From Malacoraja senta (Eukaryota), in NCBI GenBank assembly GCA_038087875.1, contig CM075993.1:11286001-11350000 (forward strand): DNA of 64,000 nucleotides, read 5' to 3'. A program made the translations under genes and the position numbers. Of this stretch, positions 47,655 through 61,117 are shown in pieces; within the stretch, counting starts at the first letter, position 1, and each line of letters opens with the position of its first letter. A model generated the notes under the pieces. That model had not been told where the DNA came from. It worked only from the letters and a program-made list of their open reading frames with translations, and did not search any database.

Positions 47655-50045
47655 GAGCTGTAGGGAGAGGTTGAGTAGGCTGGGTCTCTATTCCTTGGAG
47701 CGGAGGAGGATGAGGGGTGATCTAATAGAAGTGTATAAAATCATGAGAGGAATAGATTAGGTAGATGCCCAGAGGAGGTGAATGGAGGACCAGAGGACAT
47801 AGGTTCAAGGTGAAGGGGAAAAGATTTAATAGGAATCTGAGGGGTAACTTTTTCACACAAAGGGTGGTGGGTGTATGGAACAAGTTGCCAAAGGAGGTAG
47901 TTGATGCAGGGACTATCCCAACATTTAAGAAACAGTTAGGTACATGGAGAGGACAGGTTTGGGGGGATATGGACCAAACGCAGGTAGATAGGACTAGTAT
48001 AGCTGGGATGTGTGGGCGTTGGGCCAAAGGGCCTGTTTCCATACTGTATCAATCTATAACATTGGAGGCGGGGGGGGGAACCTCATTGAAACATACAGGA
48101 TAGTGAAAGGCTTGGATAGAGTGGATGTGGGGAGGATGTTTCCACTAGTGGGAAAGTCTAGGACTAGAGGTCATAGCCCCAGAATTAAAGGACATTTATT
48201 TCAGAAGGAGATGAGGAGGAATTTCTTTAGTCAGAGGCTGGTGAATCTGTGGAATTCTTTGCCACAGAATGCGGTGGATATTTTTAGTGGTTATTCTTAA
48301 GGCAGAGGTAGATAGATTCTTGATTAGTAGGGGTGGCGGAGGTTATGGGGAGAGGGCAGGAGAATGGGGTTGGGAGGGAGAGATAGATCAGCCATGATTG
48401 AATGGCGGAGTAGACTTGATGGGCCGAATGGCCTAATTCTACTTCTATCACTTATGACCTTTTGATCTTATGACTTATTTATGACCTTATGAACATTCTC
48501 CAGGTCCTCTCTCTGGGTGTGGTCTCCAATCACCTCCTTTATGTTTAAAGAGAAAAGAGAAAAGCTTTGTTTAGATCTTGTTTGTAGGTTCATAAGTGAT
48601 AGGAGCAGAATTAGCCCTATCATTTACTCCGCCATTCAATCATGGCTGATCTATCTCTCCCTCCCAACCCCATTCTCCTGCCTTCCCCCCATAACCCCTG
48701 ACACCTGTACTAATCAAGAATCTACCTATCTCTGCCTGAAAAATACCTATTGACTTGGCCTCCACAGCCATCTGTGGCAATGAATTCCACAGATTCACAA
48801 CCCTCTGACTGAAGAAGTTCCTCCTCATCTCCTTCCTGAAGGGATGTCCTTTAATTCTGAGGATGTGCCCTCTAGTCCTAGACTCTCCCACTAAAAACAG
48901 AGCACGCTCAATTGCATTGGGTGATTGGTGAAAATTTCTGATGGCGATGAGTCAAGTCAAGAAGTTCATTGTCATGTGTCCCAGTTAGGACAATGACTTC
49001 TTGTTTGATGCAGCACAACAAAGTATTGTAATCGAAAATACCGAACAGTTCAGTTCAATATACACGTAAATAAGCAGATAAAGTGTAATAGGCTGTTACA
49101 GTTCTGTAGACACCATAGATCAGCCATGATTGAATGGCGGAGTAGACTTGATGGGCCGAATGGCCTAAATCTTCTCCTGGAACTTACGAACATGATATGG
49201 GCCAAAAGCAGGCAGGTGGGAATAGTGTAGATGGGGCTTGTTGGTTGGCGTGGGTAAGTTGGGCCGAAGGGCCTGTTTCCATGCTGTATATGACTCTATG
49301 ACTCTACTGGGCTGGCCCCACTTGCCTGCATTCGGCCCTTGTCCCTCTGAAACCCTCCTAGAGCCGGCACCTCAAGGAACCAAAGATTAGCCCCCATAAC
49401 CCCTGACACCCTGACTAATATGAAATAATTTAATATCACAACCCTGTCTCAACAATACTTTCCCAGTCCACAAGAAGGATAATTGACCCAAAATAAAAGT
49501 CTTCTTCGATAGAAATAGAAACATAGATAATAGGTGCAGGAGGAGGCCATTCGGTCCTTCGAGCCAGCACCGCCATTCAATATGATCATGGCTGATCATC
49601 CAGAATCAGTACCCCGTTCCTGCTTTCTCCCCATATCCCTTGATTCCGTTAGCCCTAAGAGCTAAATCTCTCTTAAAAACATCCGGGGATGTGGCCGCCA
49701 CTGCCTTCTGTGGCAGAGAATTCCACAGATTTACAGCTCTCTGGGTGAAAAAGTTTTTCCTCATCTCAGTCCTTTATTCTTAAACTGTGACCCCTGGTTC
49801 TGGACTCCCCCAACATCAGGAACATTTTTCCTGTATCTAGCCTGTCCAATCCCTTAAGAATTTAATATATAGGTTTCAATTAGATCCCCTTTCATCCTCC
49901 TAAATTCCAGTGAATACAAGCCCAGTCGACCCATTCTTTCATCATATGTCAGTCCCGCCATTCCGGGAACTAACCTGGTGAACCTACGCTGCACTCCCTC
50001 AATAGCAAGAGTGACCTTGCACGCGATACTCCTGGTGTGGTCTCA
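47655..50045. mobile_element. Cluster of CR1 3' fragments (plus ~47655-48480; minus ~48590-48893 and ~49515-50045)
   Basis: ORFs 47765-48103, 48010-48300 and 48640-48891 with RTRGH and LWNSLP motifs. Confidence 0.85.
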
Positions 50046-50939
50046 AGTTCCAAATTAACTTCCCAGCATTGAGGCCATGGTTAGCCTCCATGCCTATTCC
50101 GAACAGGTCATCTTGTAGAGCTGTCTGGCACCTTGTTCTGAGCTGTGTACAGGGCTGAGTTGACCAGGAGGGCAGATGTGGAGATTCAGTGGAGAATGTG
50201 TGTGGCACGGTGGCGCAGCGGTAGAGTTGCTGCCTCACAGCGCCAGAGAACCCTGGTTCAATCCTGACTACAGCTGCTGTCTGTACGGAGTTTGTACCTT
50301 CTCCCCGTGACCACGTGGGTTTTCTCCGGGATCTCCGGTTTCCTCCCACACTCCAATGACGTGTATTGTCCCTTGTGAGTGTGACAATGCTAGTGTCACA
50401 AGTGCTAGTGACCGCTGGGCGGCACGGACTCGATGGGCCGAAGCGCCTATTTCCGTGCTGTAACTCTGATGTCTAAAGTTCATATGTTCTAGGAGCAGAA
50501 TTAGGCCATTCGGCCCATCAAGTCTACCCTGCCATTCAATCATGGCTGATCAATCTCTCACTCCCAACCCCATTCTCCTGCCTTCTCCCAGTAAGCGGTG
50601 CTGGCTTGAAGGGCCGAATGGCCTCCTCCTGCACGTATTGTCTATGTGACCCCTGACACCCGTACTAATCAAGAATCGATCTATCGATCTCTGCTTTAAA
50701 AATATCCATTGGCTTGTGGCCTCCAAAGCCGTCTGGGACAATGAGCTCCAAAGTCTAAAGGGGAGAGCGTGGGGGCCACGCGGAGGGGCTGCGTAAACGG
50801 CAGAAGGAGGGTGCCCCCCCCACCCCCACAAACGACAGCCCCCACCCTGTCACCGTGGAAACATCAGCCTCTCCCACATGGGCCTCGTGAGACCCCCCCA
50901 GAGCCTACATTAGAGGGATGGGAGCACACTTCCCTGGCA

Positions 50940-51412
50940 GTGTGAGTGAGTGAGTGAGTGTGAGTGTGAGTGCAAGAGTGAGTGAGCTTGTGAGCGTGGG
51001 AGTGAGTGCATGAGTGAGTGCATGAGTGAGTGTGAGGGTGTGAGTGTGTGGGTGTGGGTGTGAGTGGGTGTGAGTGGGTGTGAGTGGGTGTGGGTGTGGG
51101 TGTGGGTGTGAGTGAGTGTGAGTGTGTGTGTGGGTGTGTGTGGGTGTGTGGGTGTGTGGGTGTGGGTGTGTGTGTGTGTGTGTGTGTGTGGGTGTGTGTG
51201 GGTGTGGGTGTGAGTGTGTGTGTGGGTGTGTGGGTGTGTGTGGGTGTGTGTGGGTGTGGGTGTGTGTGGGTGTGGGTGTGTGTGGGTGTGAGTGTGAGTG
51301 CAAGAGTGAGTGAGTGAGTGAGTGCATGAGTGAGTGAGCGTGGGTGTGAGAGTGAGTGTGGGTGTGAGTGCAAGAGTTAGTGTGAACGTGGGTGTGAGTG
51401 CAAGAGTGAGAA
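50940..51412 (+). repeat. Compound (GT/GAGT/GGGT)n microsatellite
   Basis: Low-complexity TG-rich tract. Confidence 0.95.
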
Positions 51413-52850
51413 TGGGCACGAGTGTGTAAGAGAGGTTGGTCGTGGTGCCAGTGACACAGCTCGGCTCTGCCACCTGCTGGCGGCAGGTTGGGACTGCGGG
51501 AGGTTTGTTTGGTTTCAAGGCCACACTGCGACCATTAATAACTGCGACACATTCAGGCAGAGCTGAACCATCGTCAGGTAGTTACCATGAGCTCTCGAAA
51601 GCGTAAACTTCCTCCCCACCCACCAGATTCTGTTTAGAGCAGAAACCTGTTTTAATTCTACTGCAAAACCCCGCAGATGGAAGGCGATGGAGTTTTGGTC
51701 GCCATTTGTTTGTTCAGTTTAGATCTCGCCTGGTCTACAGTTCAATGATATTTATTGTCACGTGTACCTAGCTACAGTGAAATGCTTTGTTTCTGCATAC
51801 AACCCAGTAAAACCATGCAGCAATCCTCACCAAGGCAGCACACAAATAGTTTCTGGTGCCGCTGCCAAAGTTTCAAACATTCTTCGTACAATCTTTACAT
51901 GTATAGGCGACACAAAGAAGGTTGTTAAACTAGGAAAGGAACAGAGGAGATTTATCGAGGATATCGCCAGGACTCTAGGGACTGAGGTCTAGGGAGAGGT
52001 TGGACTTTATTCCTTGGAGCGCAGGAGGATAAGGGGTGATTCCCTACAGCCATTGGGCTATTAAACACTACAAGCTCTGAACTACATAGACTGTTATTGC
52101 TATAATTGCACTATTTCTTATGTCTGTGTCTGTGCATGTGTATATCATATATATATGATCTGTAGATATGTGTGTTTGTGAGCATGTGTACATATACACA
52201 CACTGAACTTTTGTTTCTCATTTATTCTATTGTATACAGAGTACTATGTTTACACATTCTGTGCTGCAGCAAGTAAGAATTGCATTGTTCTATCTGGAAC
52301 ATATGACAATAAAACACTCTTGAATGAATAAGTTTATTGGCCAAGTATTCACATACAAGGAATTTGCCTTGGTGCTCCGCCCACAAGTAACAACATGACA
52401 TACAGTGACAGTTAGGAATGACACATAAAACAACATTGACCGACTCTTGCCTTTCTCTTGATTCTCTTATAGAGGTTAGAAGATCACCATGGGAATAGTT
52501 AGGGTGAATGCACCCTAAGTCTTTTACCCAGAATAGGGAGATCATGAACCAGAGGGCATGGGTTTTCAGTGAGGGTGGGTCAGGGCGGTACCAATGGTGG
52601 GCGCCTCATCTCCAGACACCCCCAGGGACTTTTCTCCACAAGTCAGGAGTGTGATGGAACTCTCTCCACTGGGGATGAGGGCAGCTCCAACAGCCTCACC
52701 GAGTTTGGCACCATGCCAGGACATATTTGCTCGCTTGATTGCCGCCCCACCCACCCACCGGGTCTTAACACCACCAGTGCCGAGCGGCTGAAGTGGGCAC
52801 CAGCTACACACGCACTCCCCTGGCACCTCTGCCAACACCTCCCATACAGG

Positions 52851-53800
52851 GGTAGAGTTGCTGGGTTTCAGCATTTGCAGCGCCAGAGACCCGGGTTCGA
52901 TCCCGGCTACGGGTGCTGTCTGTATGGAGTTTGTACGTTCCCCCCGTGACCTGCGTGGATTTGCTCTGCGATCTCCGGTTTCCTCCCACACTCCAAAGAC
53001 GTGCGGGTTTGTAGGTTAATTGGCTTGGTGTAAATGTAAATTGTCCCTAGTGTGTGTAGGATAGTGTTAATGTGCGGGGATCGCTGGTCGGCGCGGACTC
53101 GGTGGGCCGAAGGGCCTGTTTCCGCGCTGTATCTCTAAACTAAACTAAACCTGCCCCTGGGAATAGCAAGATGCACAGGACATCAGATCCAAGGGAACAC
53201 CATGAGGAATAGTGTGTGTTTGTAGATTAGCTCATGTTGTTTTGTATTAGTTAAATCACTTTATGTTACATTTTGTTACTCTACTTTGTGTAGATATACA
53301 ATAAGAGAGAGACAAAAAGCTGGAGTAACTCAGCGGGACAGGCAGCATGTCCGGAGAGAAGGAATGGGTGACGTTTTGGGTCTGAAGAAGCGTCTCGACC
53401 CGAAACGTCACCCATTCCTTCTCTCCAGAGATGCTGCCTGTCCTGCTGAGTAACTCCAGCTTTTTGTGTCTATCTATGGAAACAGGCCCTTCAGCCCAAC
53501 GGGTCCATGCACACCATCAATCTCCCAGTTCTGTAGTACTTTAGACTTTGCCCATGGAGTCCGTGCCGAACAGCGATCACCCATTTACGCTAGTTCTGTC
53601 CCACACACTGGCGACAACATGCAGAGACAATTAACCTACAAACCTGCACGTCTTTGGAGTGTGGGAGGAAACCGGAGATCCCGGAGAAAACCCACGCGGT
53701 CAAGGGGAGAACGTCCAAACTCCGTACAGACAGCACCTGTGGTCGGGATCGAACCCGGGTCTCTGGCGCTGTGAGGCAGCAACTCTACCGCTGTGCCACC
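52851..53800. mobile_element. HE1 SINE plus (52851-53150), palindromic hammerhead-repeat pair (53310-53475), HE1 SINE minus (~53478-53800)
   Basis: SINE consensus in both orientations; core TGGGT-CTGAAGAAGCGTCTCGACCCGAAACGTC-ACCCA at 53377-53414. Confidence 0.85.
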
Positions 53801-53860
53801 CTCACTGGTGTGGGTTGTAACTTTTCTTTCACAAGTACGACTATGTTGTGTTGTTTGCAG

Positions 53861-53951
53861 GGCCTGGGGACAAACGAAACCACCCTCATCGAGATCCTCT
53901 GCTCTCGCAACAACAGGGAGATCCACGAGATGGGCAGGGCCTACCAGGAAG
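53861..53951 (+). CDS. ANXA2: Annexin A2 coding exon 5 (91 nt)
   Basis: GLGTNETTLIEILCSRNNREIHEMGRAYQE; TTGCAG|...G|GTGAGT. Confidence 0.97.
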
Positions 53952-55368
53952 GTGAGTGAGTGGGCGCTGAGCTAAACACACAACTCTCCACCTACATCAG
54001 TAACTTGTTGTTGCCTCACGGGTCAAACGTAGACACAAGACACTACACCGGCATTGAGCCCAAGAGTCAGGGTGTCAGTGCTTGAAGAGTATAGACAAAG
54101 AACTCCAGATGTTGGTTCATACCCAAGATAGACACGAAGTGCTGGAGTAACTCAGCGGGCCAGACAGCATCTCTGCAGGACGTGGATAGGTGATGTTCAT
54201 TTCAGTTCGGGACCCTTTTTTAGTTTAGAATTAAATAAATGTGGTCCCCAATGTTCTCACGGCGCCCCCGCCCCCCCCACCTACGCCAGGTCCCTCATTG
54301 TTCTCGGAGGTGAGTCCTAATCTGACCGCCAGCATCTGTGGAATTTTCTGCCTCGGAGGGCGGTGGAGGCCGGTTCTCTGGATGCTTTTAAGAGAGAGCT
54401 GGATAGGGCTCTTAAAGATAGTGGAGTCAGGGGATATGGGGAGAAGGCAGGAACGGGGTACTGATTGGGGATGATCAGCCATGATCACATTGAATGATGG
54501 TGCTGGCTCAAAGGGCCAAATGGCCTACTCCTGCACCTATTGTTATTGTCACTGATACAGGCAACAGCTTACCAACGGCCCTCTACTCTCACCAGCGGGC
54601 CCCCCTCTCTCTCTGCCCGCCCTACTTGCTCCTCTGGTGCCCGTGCCTGCTCCAACGTGGTGACACAGCACTCACTGCGAGCTCCCTTAAGCGTTGGCGC
54701 TGGGTTTAGTTGATGTTGGCATCATGTTCGGCTTGGATATTGTGGGTGGGATGGCCTGTTCTCTGCTGTTCGATGCTCTCTGTTCTAAACATCTGCCTGT
54801 GTTCAGACGTCAACTCCCTCTGCAGATAGACACAAAACTCTGGAGAAACTCAGCGGGACAGGCAGCCTCTCTTGAGAGAAGGAATGGGTGACGTTTCGGG
54901 TCGAGAGCCTTCTTCAATACTCACTGCCTCTGGTTCTTGTCATTTAAATCTATCACTGACCCCAGGAAGCGCATTCCGTGTCTTATCCAAACTCCACGCA
55001 CACATTCCCTCTAATTTGCTTTCTTCCACCCCCTCCCTACCTAGTTTGATGTATCGTGGCTGAGTATATGTCCAGCTGCTGAATGCTCGGACTTAGCCCG
55101 ACAGAAGAGCTGAATGCTTCCATGATCTTAGAGTCATGGAGTCATGCAGCACTGAAACAGGCCCTTCAGCCCAACTCGCCCATACTGACCCCATTGAAGC
55201 TTGACCACCACCTTGAACACAAGTTATTTGGAACTGGCGCAGATGGGGCACCAGGGTCGGCATGGGCAAGTTGGGCCGAAGGGCCTGTTTCAGCACGGTA
55301 TGAGTCTACGACCACCATAATACAGCACTAACTAAGTGGAAGACTAACGGTGTTTCCAATCTTTACAG

Positions 55369-55448
55369 CCTACAAGAAGGACATGATAGCGGAAATCAAA
55401 GGAGACACGTCTGGCGATTTCAGTAAGCTCCTGTGTGTTTTGGCCAAG
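55369..55448 (+). CDS. ANXA2: Annexin A2 coding exon 6 (80 nt)
   Basis: (A)YKKDMIAEIKGDTSGDFSKLLCVLAK; TTACAG|...AAG|GTAAT. Confidence 0.96.
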
Positions 55449-56534
55449 GTAATTTCCCTTCTGTGTCAAGCATGGATCCTGCTGTCCTGCCCCCAGCCTG
55501 CTCAGCCCCTCAGTAACACACACACAGTGATGATGTTGCCATCGTCTGTGAGGGTGGAGAATTACTGGGACTATTGCCACCCATCCAGATGTTGGAATGA
55601 GAACCCATGTGAACCGGGGATGCCCAGAGATGGGGGTCACCTTTCTCAGGCACTAACTGACCACGGTTCCCCACACTATTCCTCCGTCACGGAGACTTGA
55701 TGATGTAGATGATAGTTTCTGTGACGATAACAGTGACGTTCTTTGCTTACGTGCCCCAGGTATGCAAAGAGGGGCCACATAAAGGGCACCGACTGTGTTA
55801 CAAGTATTCACTTTTAACACAAACCATTTTGAACACACATTGGGATTGTGATCCCCGTTAGCTCATGGTTGTTCCCCCCACGCCGGCCCCCCCTTTGTTC
55901 TTCCTCTCGATGGTTCCCCCGTTCCCCTATGTGGCCCATCCTCGACCGCCTTGGCACGCCATCAATCTCGCCCACAGACATGACCCCCCCCCTCCACTCA
56001 ATCCCCTCGCCCACCCACGACTATCCCCCCCCACCCACCCACGACTCCCCCCCCCCCCCCACCCACCCACGACCCCTCACCCACACGACCCCCTCCCCCA
56101 CCCTCTCGCCAGCTGGACCTGCCTGGACCCGAGACCCAGAGCTGCAGGGAGAGGTGGGGCAGCCTGGGTCTCTATTCCTTGGAGCGCAGGAGGCTGAGGG
56201 GTGATCATATAGAGGTGTGTAAAATTATGAGGGGAAATGGTGGGATAAATATACAAAGGCTTTTCCCTGGGGTCGGGGAAGCAAGCAGCAAAGGTTTAAA
56301 GTGAGGGGGGAAAGGATTTAAAAGGAACCTGAGGGGCAACTTTTTCCACACAGAGGGTGGTGGGTGTATGGAACGAGCTGCCGGAGGAGGCAGGGACTAT
56401 GACAGCATTTAAAAGATATTTGGACAGGTACATGGATAGGAAAGGTTTATTGGGATAAGGTCGAAATGTGGGCAGGTGGGATTAGCATAGATGGGGCACC
56501 AGTGAATGACTGCATCGACTGTTCCCATGTGCAG

Positions 56535-56594
56535 GGTAACCGGCCTGACTCGTCCAATGTGGAGGATCAAGCCCTCATCGATGCTGATGCCAAG
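56535..56594 (+). CDS. ANXA2: Annexin A2 coding exon 7 (60 nt)
   Basis: GNRPDSSNVEDQALIDADAK versus human [20 protein letters not shown]; GCAG|...|GTAGGT. Confidence 0.92.
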
Positions 56595-57156
56595 GTAGGT
56601 GCCTCGATTACGCCCTCTATGCAGGCAGTGCGTGTGCTCTAACCCCTCGATTACGCCCTCTATGCAGGCAATGTGTGGGTCACTACCCCTCACTATAGCC
56701 TTCAGTAGCAACACTGTGTGTTCGAAAGCCTCAGTGGGTAGCTGTAGTGAGGGCTTCACCACCCCATGCAAAGCCCTCAGTGGAGGGTGTGTGTGGGTGC
56801 GTGCGCGCGCGTGCTTGTGTGTGTGTTTCACCACAGCGTACCTGAATCGTCACCCACACCTTCTCTCCGGAGATGTTGCCTTACCCGCTGAGTTACTGCA
56901 GCATTTTGTATCTATCTTCGGTTTCCACCAACATCTGCAGTTCCTTCCTACACTTCAGTTGAGGAAGTTGGTGGACCTTCCAACAGCTCCATGTGTGTAT
57001 CTGTCTCTGTCTCTGTGATCTAGTGTTCACACACGGAGCTGGCCCAGGATAGAGGCATGGAACACCAGCGGGGATGGGCAGCAGGGTGGCTCAGCTGGTA
57101 GAACCTCTGCCTCACAGCGCCAGAGACCCAGGTTCGATCCTGACCTCGGGCTCTGT

Positions 57157-58346
57157 CAGGCACGTGCCGGCAAGGTAGGCACTGCCTGCCCTGACTAAAA
57201 TTATAACATGGTAATTACTAAATACAAATAGTAAAGGCATGGGAGAATTATGCCTATCTAAGAGATCGATCTCAGGTAGGCATAATCCTCCGTGCCTTTC
57301 AACCGCAGCACTTGCAACACGCAAAGGTCTGTGCAGCCCACCAGCTGTCAGCGCTGCTTCAAGCCGTCAATTTCAAGGGGAGCTGAAGGCAGCTGAAAGT
57401 CTGTCTTGGCTGTACTAGTTTCTTGGCGGGTTTTTTCAAATATGGATTGCCATTATTTTAAGAAACAAAGAGAGAAGAATGGAGTTTGTGTATCGATTAT
57501 GTGGTTAGTACATTTCTTGGTGCTATATGTTTTTAAATAACGTATTTCCCAGGGTGGGTCCTTTCACAGCGTTTGGGGAGTCTGGCCCGGGGTAAAGTTG
57601 TGGGGAGGGCAGGAGCGTTGTGAAGGAGGGGATCGGGATCATGCCAGTAACCTACTTGCGACGCTCCGGGCACGGAGCCACCGCATTGAGGCCGGGGAGA
57701 GGATCAGCTCGGGTGGCTGCGAGTGGCCGCCGGGCCAGACAGCGGAACCGGCCGCCACCTCGGCGCCTTCTGCCGGCCCCCGCTCACCTCTGGCAGCTCT
57801 CCGTCTAAAAACCTCTCTCCTGCCGCTCACTGGCCTCACTCGTGTCAGCCGTTTCCCGCAAATCCTTAAATTCCGACAGCGCGATTGACGTTACGCGGCT
57901 GTGGGAATTTAAGGATTTGCGGGAAGCGGCTGACATGAGGGAAGTCGTCGAGCGGCAGGTGAGAGGTGTTCAGACGGAGAGCACTGCCAGAGGTGAGCGG
58001 GCTGGCAAAAGGCACTGAAGTGGCGGCCAGTTCTGCTGTCGGGTCCCGGCGGCCGCTCGCAGCCACCCGAGCTGCTTCCCTCCCCGGCCACAATGCGGTG
58101 GCTCCGTGCCCGGACGCTGCAGCAGCGATGATTGAGTTACTGGCATGATCCATGACCACCACCTGCCTTCACCCCCCACCCATTCAGTAATTCAGAATAA
58201 AGGAGACTTGGAAGCCTTGGGCAATTGAATTGTTACTGTTTTTATTTTAATTTTTAATTTTTACGGAGAGAACAATCTGTGCATGCAATCTTTCCAAAAA
58301 GCCGACTGACTGCCTACCCTGAGTAATCACTCACGGCACGTGCTTG
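57157..58346. mobile_element. Non-autonomous hAT-like DNA transposon inserted in an HE1 SINE, with an internal long palindrome
   Basis: TIRs CAGGCACGTGCCG / CGGCACGTGCTTG; 8-bp flanks GGCTCTGT / GGTGCTGT; the SINE resumes on the right. Confidence 0.8.
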
Positions 58347-58914
58347 GGTGCTGTCTGTGTGGTGTCCGCACATTCTCCCTGTGACCGTGTGGGTTACCTC
58401 CGGGTGCTCCTATTTCCCCCCAGACCTCCAAGACGTGCGGGTTTGTAGGTTAATTGTCCCTCTGTAAATTGTCCCTAGTGTGTAGGGAGTGGATGAGAAA
58501 GTGGGATAACCTGGAACTAGGGTGAACAGCATGGACTCCATGGGCCGATGGGTCTGTTTCCAAGTGGTATGAGTTTAGTTTTGTTTAGCGATACAGCGTG
58601 GAAACAGTCGATCGAGTCCCTGCCATCCGCAATCACCCATACACCAGTTCTATCCGACACACACTGGGGACAATTTACAGAAGTTAATTAACCTACAAAC
58701 CTGTACGTCTTTGGAGTGTGGGAGGAAACCGGAGCACCCGGAGGAAACCCACACGGATCACGGGGAGAACGTAAAACTCTGTACAGGCTGCACCCGTGGT
58801 CAGGATTGAACCCGGGCCACTGGCGCTGTGAGGCAGCAACTCTACTGCTGCGTCACCGTGCCGCACAGATCTGTAAACTAAACTATGATCACGACTTTCA
58901 CCTTTCACTCACAG

Positions 58915-59008
58915 GCACTATTCGAAGCGACGAAGCTGAAGAAAGGAATGGACGTGGCCAAGTGGATCAGCATATTGACCGAGAGACACATCCCTCATCT
59001 CCAGAGAG
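58915..59008 (+). CDS. ANXA2: Annexin A2 coding exon 8 (94 nt)
   Basis: ALFEATKLKKGMDVAKWISILTERHIPHLQR versus human [31 protein letters not shown]. Confidence 0.96.
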
Positions 59009-59825
59009 GTAACAACAGCGCTTGGCAGAGTGACTTGCTCACACCTCAGCAACGGAGCAGTAACATGTTGACAGAAGTCGCTGGGAACTCACTGGATGTT
59101 TTCAAGAGAGAGTTAGTTTAAGCTCTGAGAGCTAACGGAATTAAGGGATATGGGGAGAAAACAAAGAAACATAGAAAATAGATGCAGGAGGAGGCCATTC
59201 GGCCCTTCGAGCCAGTACCACCATTCATTGTGATCATGGCTGATCGTCCCCTATCAATAACCCGTGCCTGCCTTCTCCCCATATCCCTTGACTCCACTAG
59301 CCCCTAGAGCTCTATGTAACTCTCTCTTAAATCCATCCAGTGATTTGGCCTCCACTGCCCTCTGTGGCAGGGAATTCCACAAATTCACAACTCTCCGGGT
59401 GAAAACAGGAACAGGGTACTGATTGTGGATGATCAGCCATGACCATATTGAATGGCGGTGCTGGCTGGAAGGGCCGAATGGCCTACTCCTGCACCTATTT
59501 TCTATGTCTCTATGAAACACGCAGCGGGTCAGGCAGCCTCTGTGGAGAGAGAACATGGAGTCATAAAGTGCCAAAACAGGCCCTTCGGCCCAACTCGTCC
59601 ATGCCGACCAAGATGCCCCAACTAGGCTAGTCCCACCTGCCCGCTTTTAGTTTAGTTTAGAGATGCAGCACGGAAACAGGCCGTTCGGAGAACATGCAAA
59701 CTCCACGCAGACAGCACCCGAGGACGGGATCGAACCCGGATCTCTGGCGCTGTGAGGCAGCGGCTCTAACAGCTGCGCAACCGTGCCGCCCTTGTGAATC
59801 AAGGGTCAGAAATAGTCAGAAATAA

Positions 59826-60051
59826 TGGGCCTGTACCACTTGGTGATTTTTTTTCGGCGACTGCCGGCATCATTGACTGACGTATCAGGTCACCGGAAAA
59901 TTCGCGGCGTGATGACGTGTTGACGCGCGGTGTTTTTTCAAGTGTCGCAACATTTTTTTGTCGCCGCTAGGTTTTGAAATGTTCAAAATCCTTTGGCGTC
60001 GCTGATATGACGCCGGCAGTTGCCGAAAAATCGCCAAGTGGGACAGGCCCT
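59826..60051. mobile_element. PIF/Harbinger-type MITE
   Basis: TAA|TGGGCCTGTACCACTTGG...CCAAGTGGGACAGGCCCT|TAA. Confidence 0.85.
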
Positions 60052-60306
60052 TAAGTCTTTTTGCCTGGCCTAATGTTGCTGAAATAATTTGTACATTCAT
60101 CAAGATAATGCTAGCAATGCATCTCTCACCTACTGTAAGTGGTTCGTCATCACTGGTTATAGACACAAAATGCTGGAGTAACTCAGCGGGGCAGGCAGCA
60201 TCTCTAGAGAGAAGGAATGGGTAACGTTTCTGTTGTTCTGGCAGCTGTGATCCTTCACCATCAATGAGCAACATTCCTGTTCTAACCTGAATTTCTCTGT
60301 GTTTAG

Positions 60307-60362
60307 TTTTCCAGCGATACAATACCTACAGCCCCATCAAGATAAGTGAAAGTGTCAAAGAT
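60307..60362 (+). CDS. ANXA2: Annexin A2 coding exon 9, truncated by the assembly gap
   Basis: TGTTTAG| then (V)FQRYNTYSPIKISESVKD versus human VFDRYKSYSPYDMLESIRK; runs into the Ns. Confidence 0.88.
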
Positions 60363-60562
60363 NNNNNNNNNNNNNNNNNNNNNNNNNNNNNNNNNNNNNN
60401 NNNNNNNNNNNNNNNNNNNNNNNNNNNNNNNNNNNNNNNNNNNNNNNNNNNNNNNNNNNNNNNNNNNNNNNNNNNNNNNNNNNNNNNNNNNNNNNNNNNN
60501 NNNNNNNNNNNNNNNNNNNNNNNNNNNNNNNNNNNNNNNNNNNNNNNNNNNNNNNNNNNNNN
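60363..60562. other. Assembly gap (200 N, probably a fixed-size scaffold join)
   Basis: Run of exactly 200 N. Confidence 0.98.
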
Positions 60563-60679
60563 TGCCCAACGCACTCAACAGTGTGGAGGAACTAAGTCTA
60601 AGTAAGTCTCAACCTTCTAAATTTCAGACCATACAAGCCCAGCTGCTCCATTCTATCAACATACGACAGTCTCGCCATC

Positions 60680-61117
60680 CCGGGAATTAACCTCGTGAAC
60701 TTACCTCAATAGCAAGAATGTCCTTCCTCAAATTTGGAGACCAAAACTGCATACAATACTCCAGGTTTGGTCTCACTAGGGCCCTGTAAAACAGTAGGAC
60801 CTCTTTGCTCCTATACTCAACTCCTCTTGTTATGAAGGCCAACATGCCATTAGCTTTCTTCACTACCTGCTGTACCTGCAAGCTTACTTTCAGTGAGATG
60901 AACAAGGACCCCCAGATCTCTTTGTACTTCCCCTTTTCCCAACTTGACACCATTCAGATTATAATCTGCCTTCCTGTTTTTGCCACCAAAGTGGATAACC
61001 TCACATTTATCCACATTAAACTGCATCCTGCCATGCATCCGCCCACTCACCCAACCTGTCCAAGTCACCCTGCATCCTCATAGCGTCCTCCTCACAGTTC
61101 ACACTGCTACCCAGCTT
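60680..61117 (-). mobile_element. CR1 ORF2 fragment
   Basis: MQFNVDKCEVIHFG..., VQQVVKKANGMLAFITRGVEY...LVRPNLEYC. Confidence 0.9.

Noticed and set aside
50864..51524. His/Thr/Pro-rich ORFs (also 33074-33709 and 46922-47478)
   Set aside because: Translations of microsatellite or low-complexity DNA.
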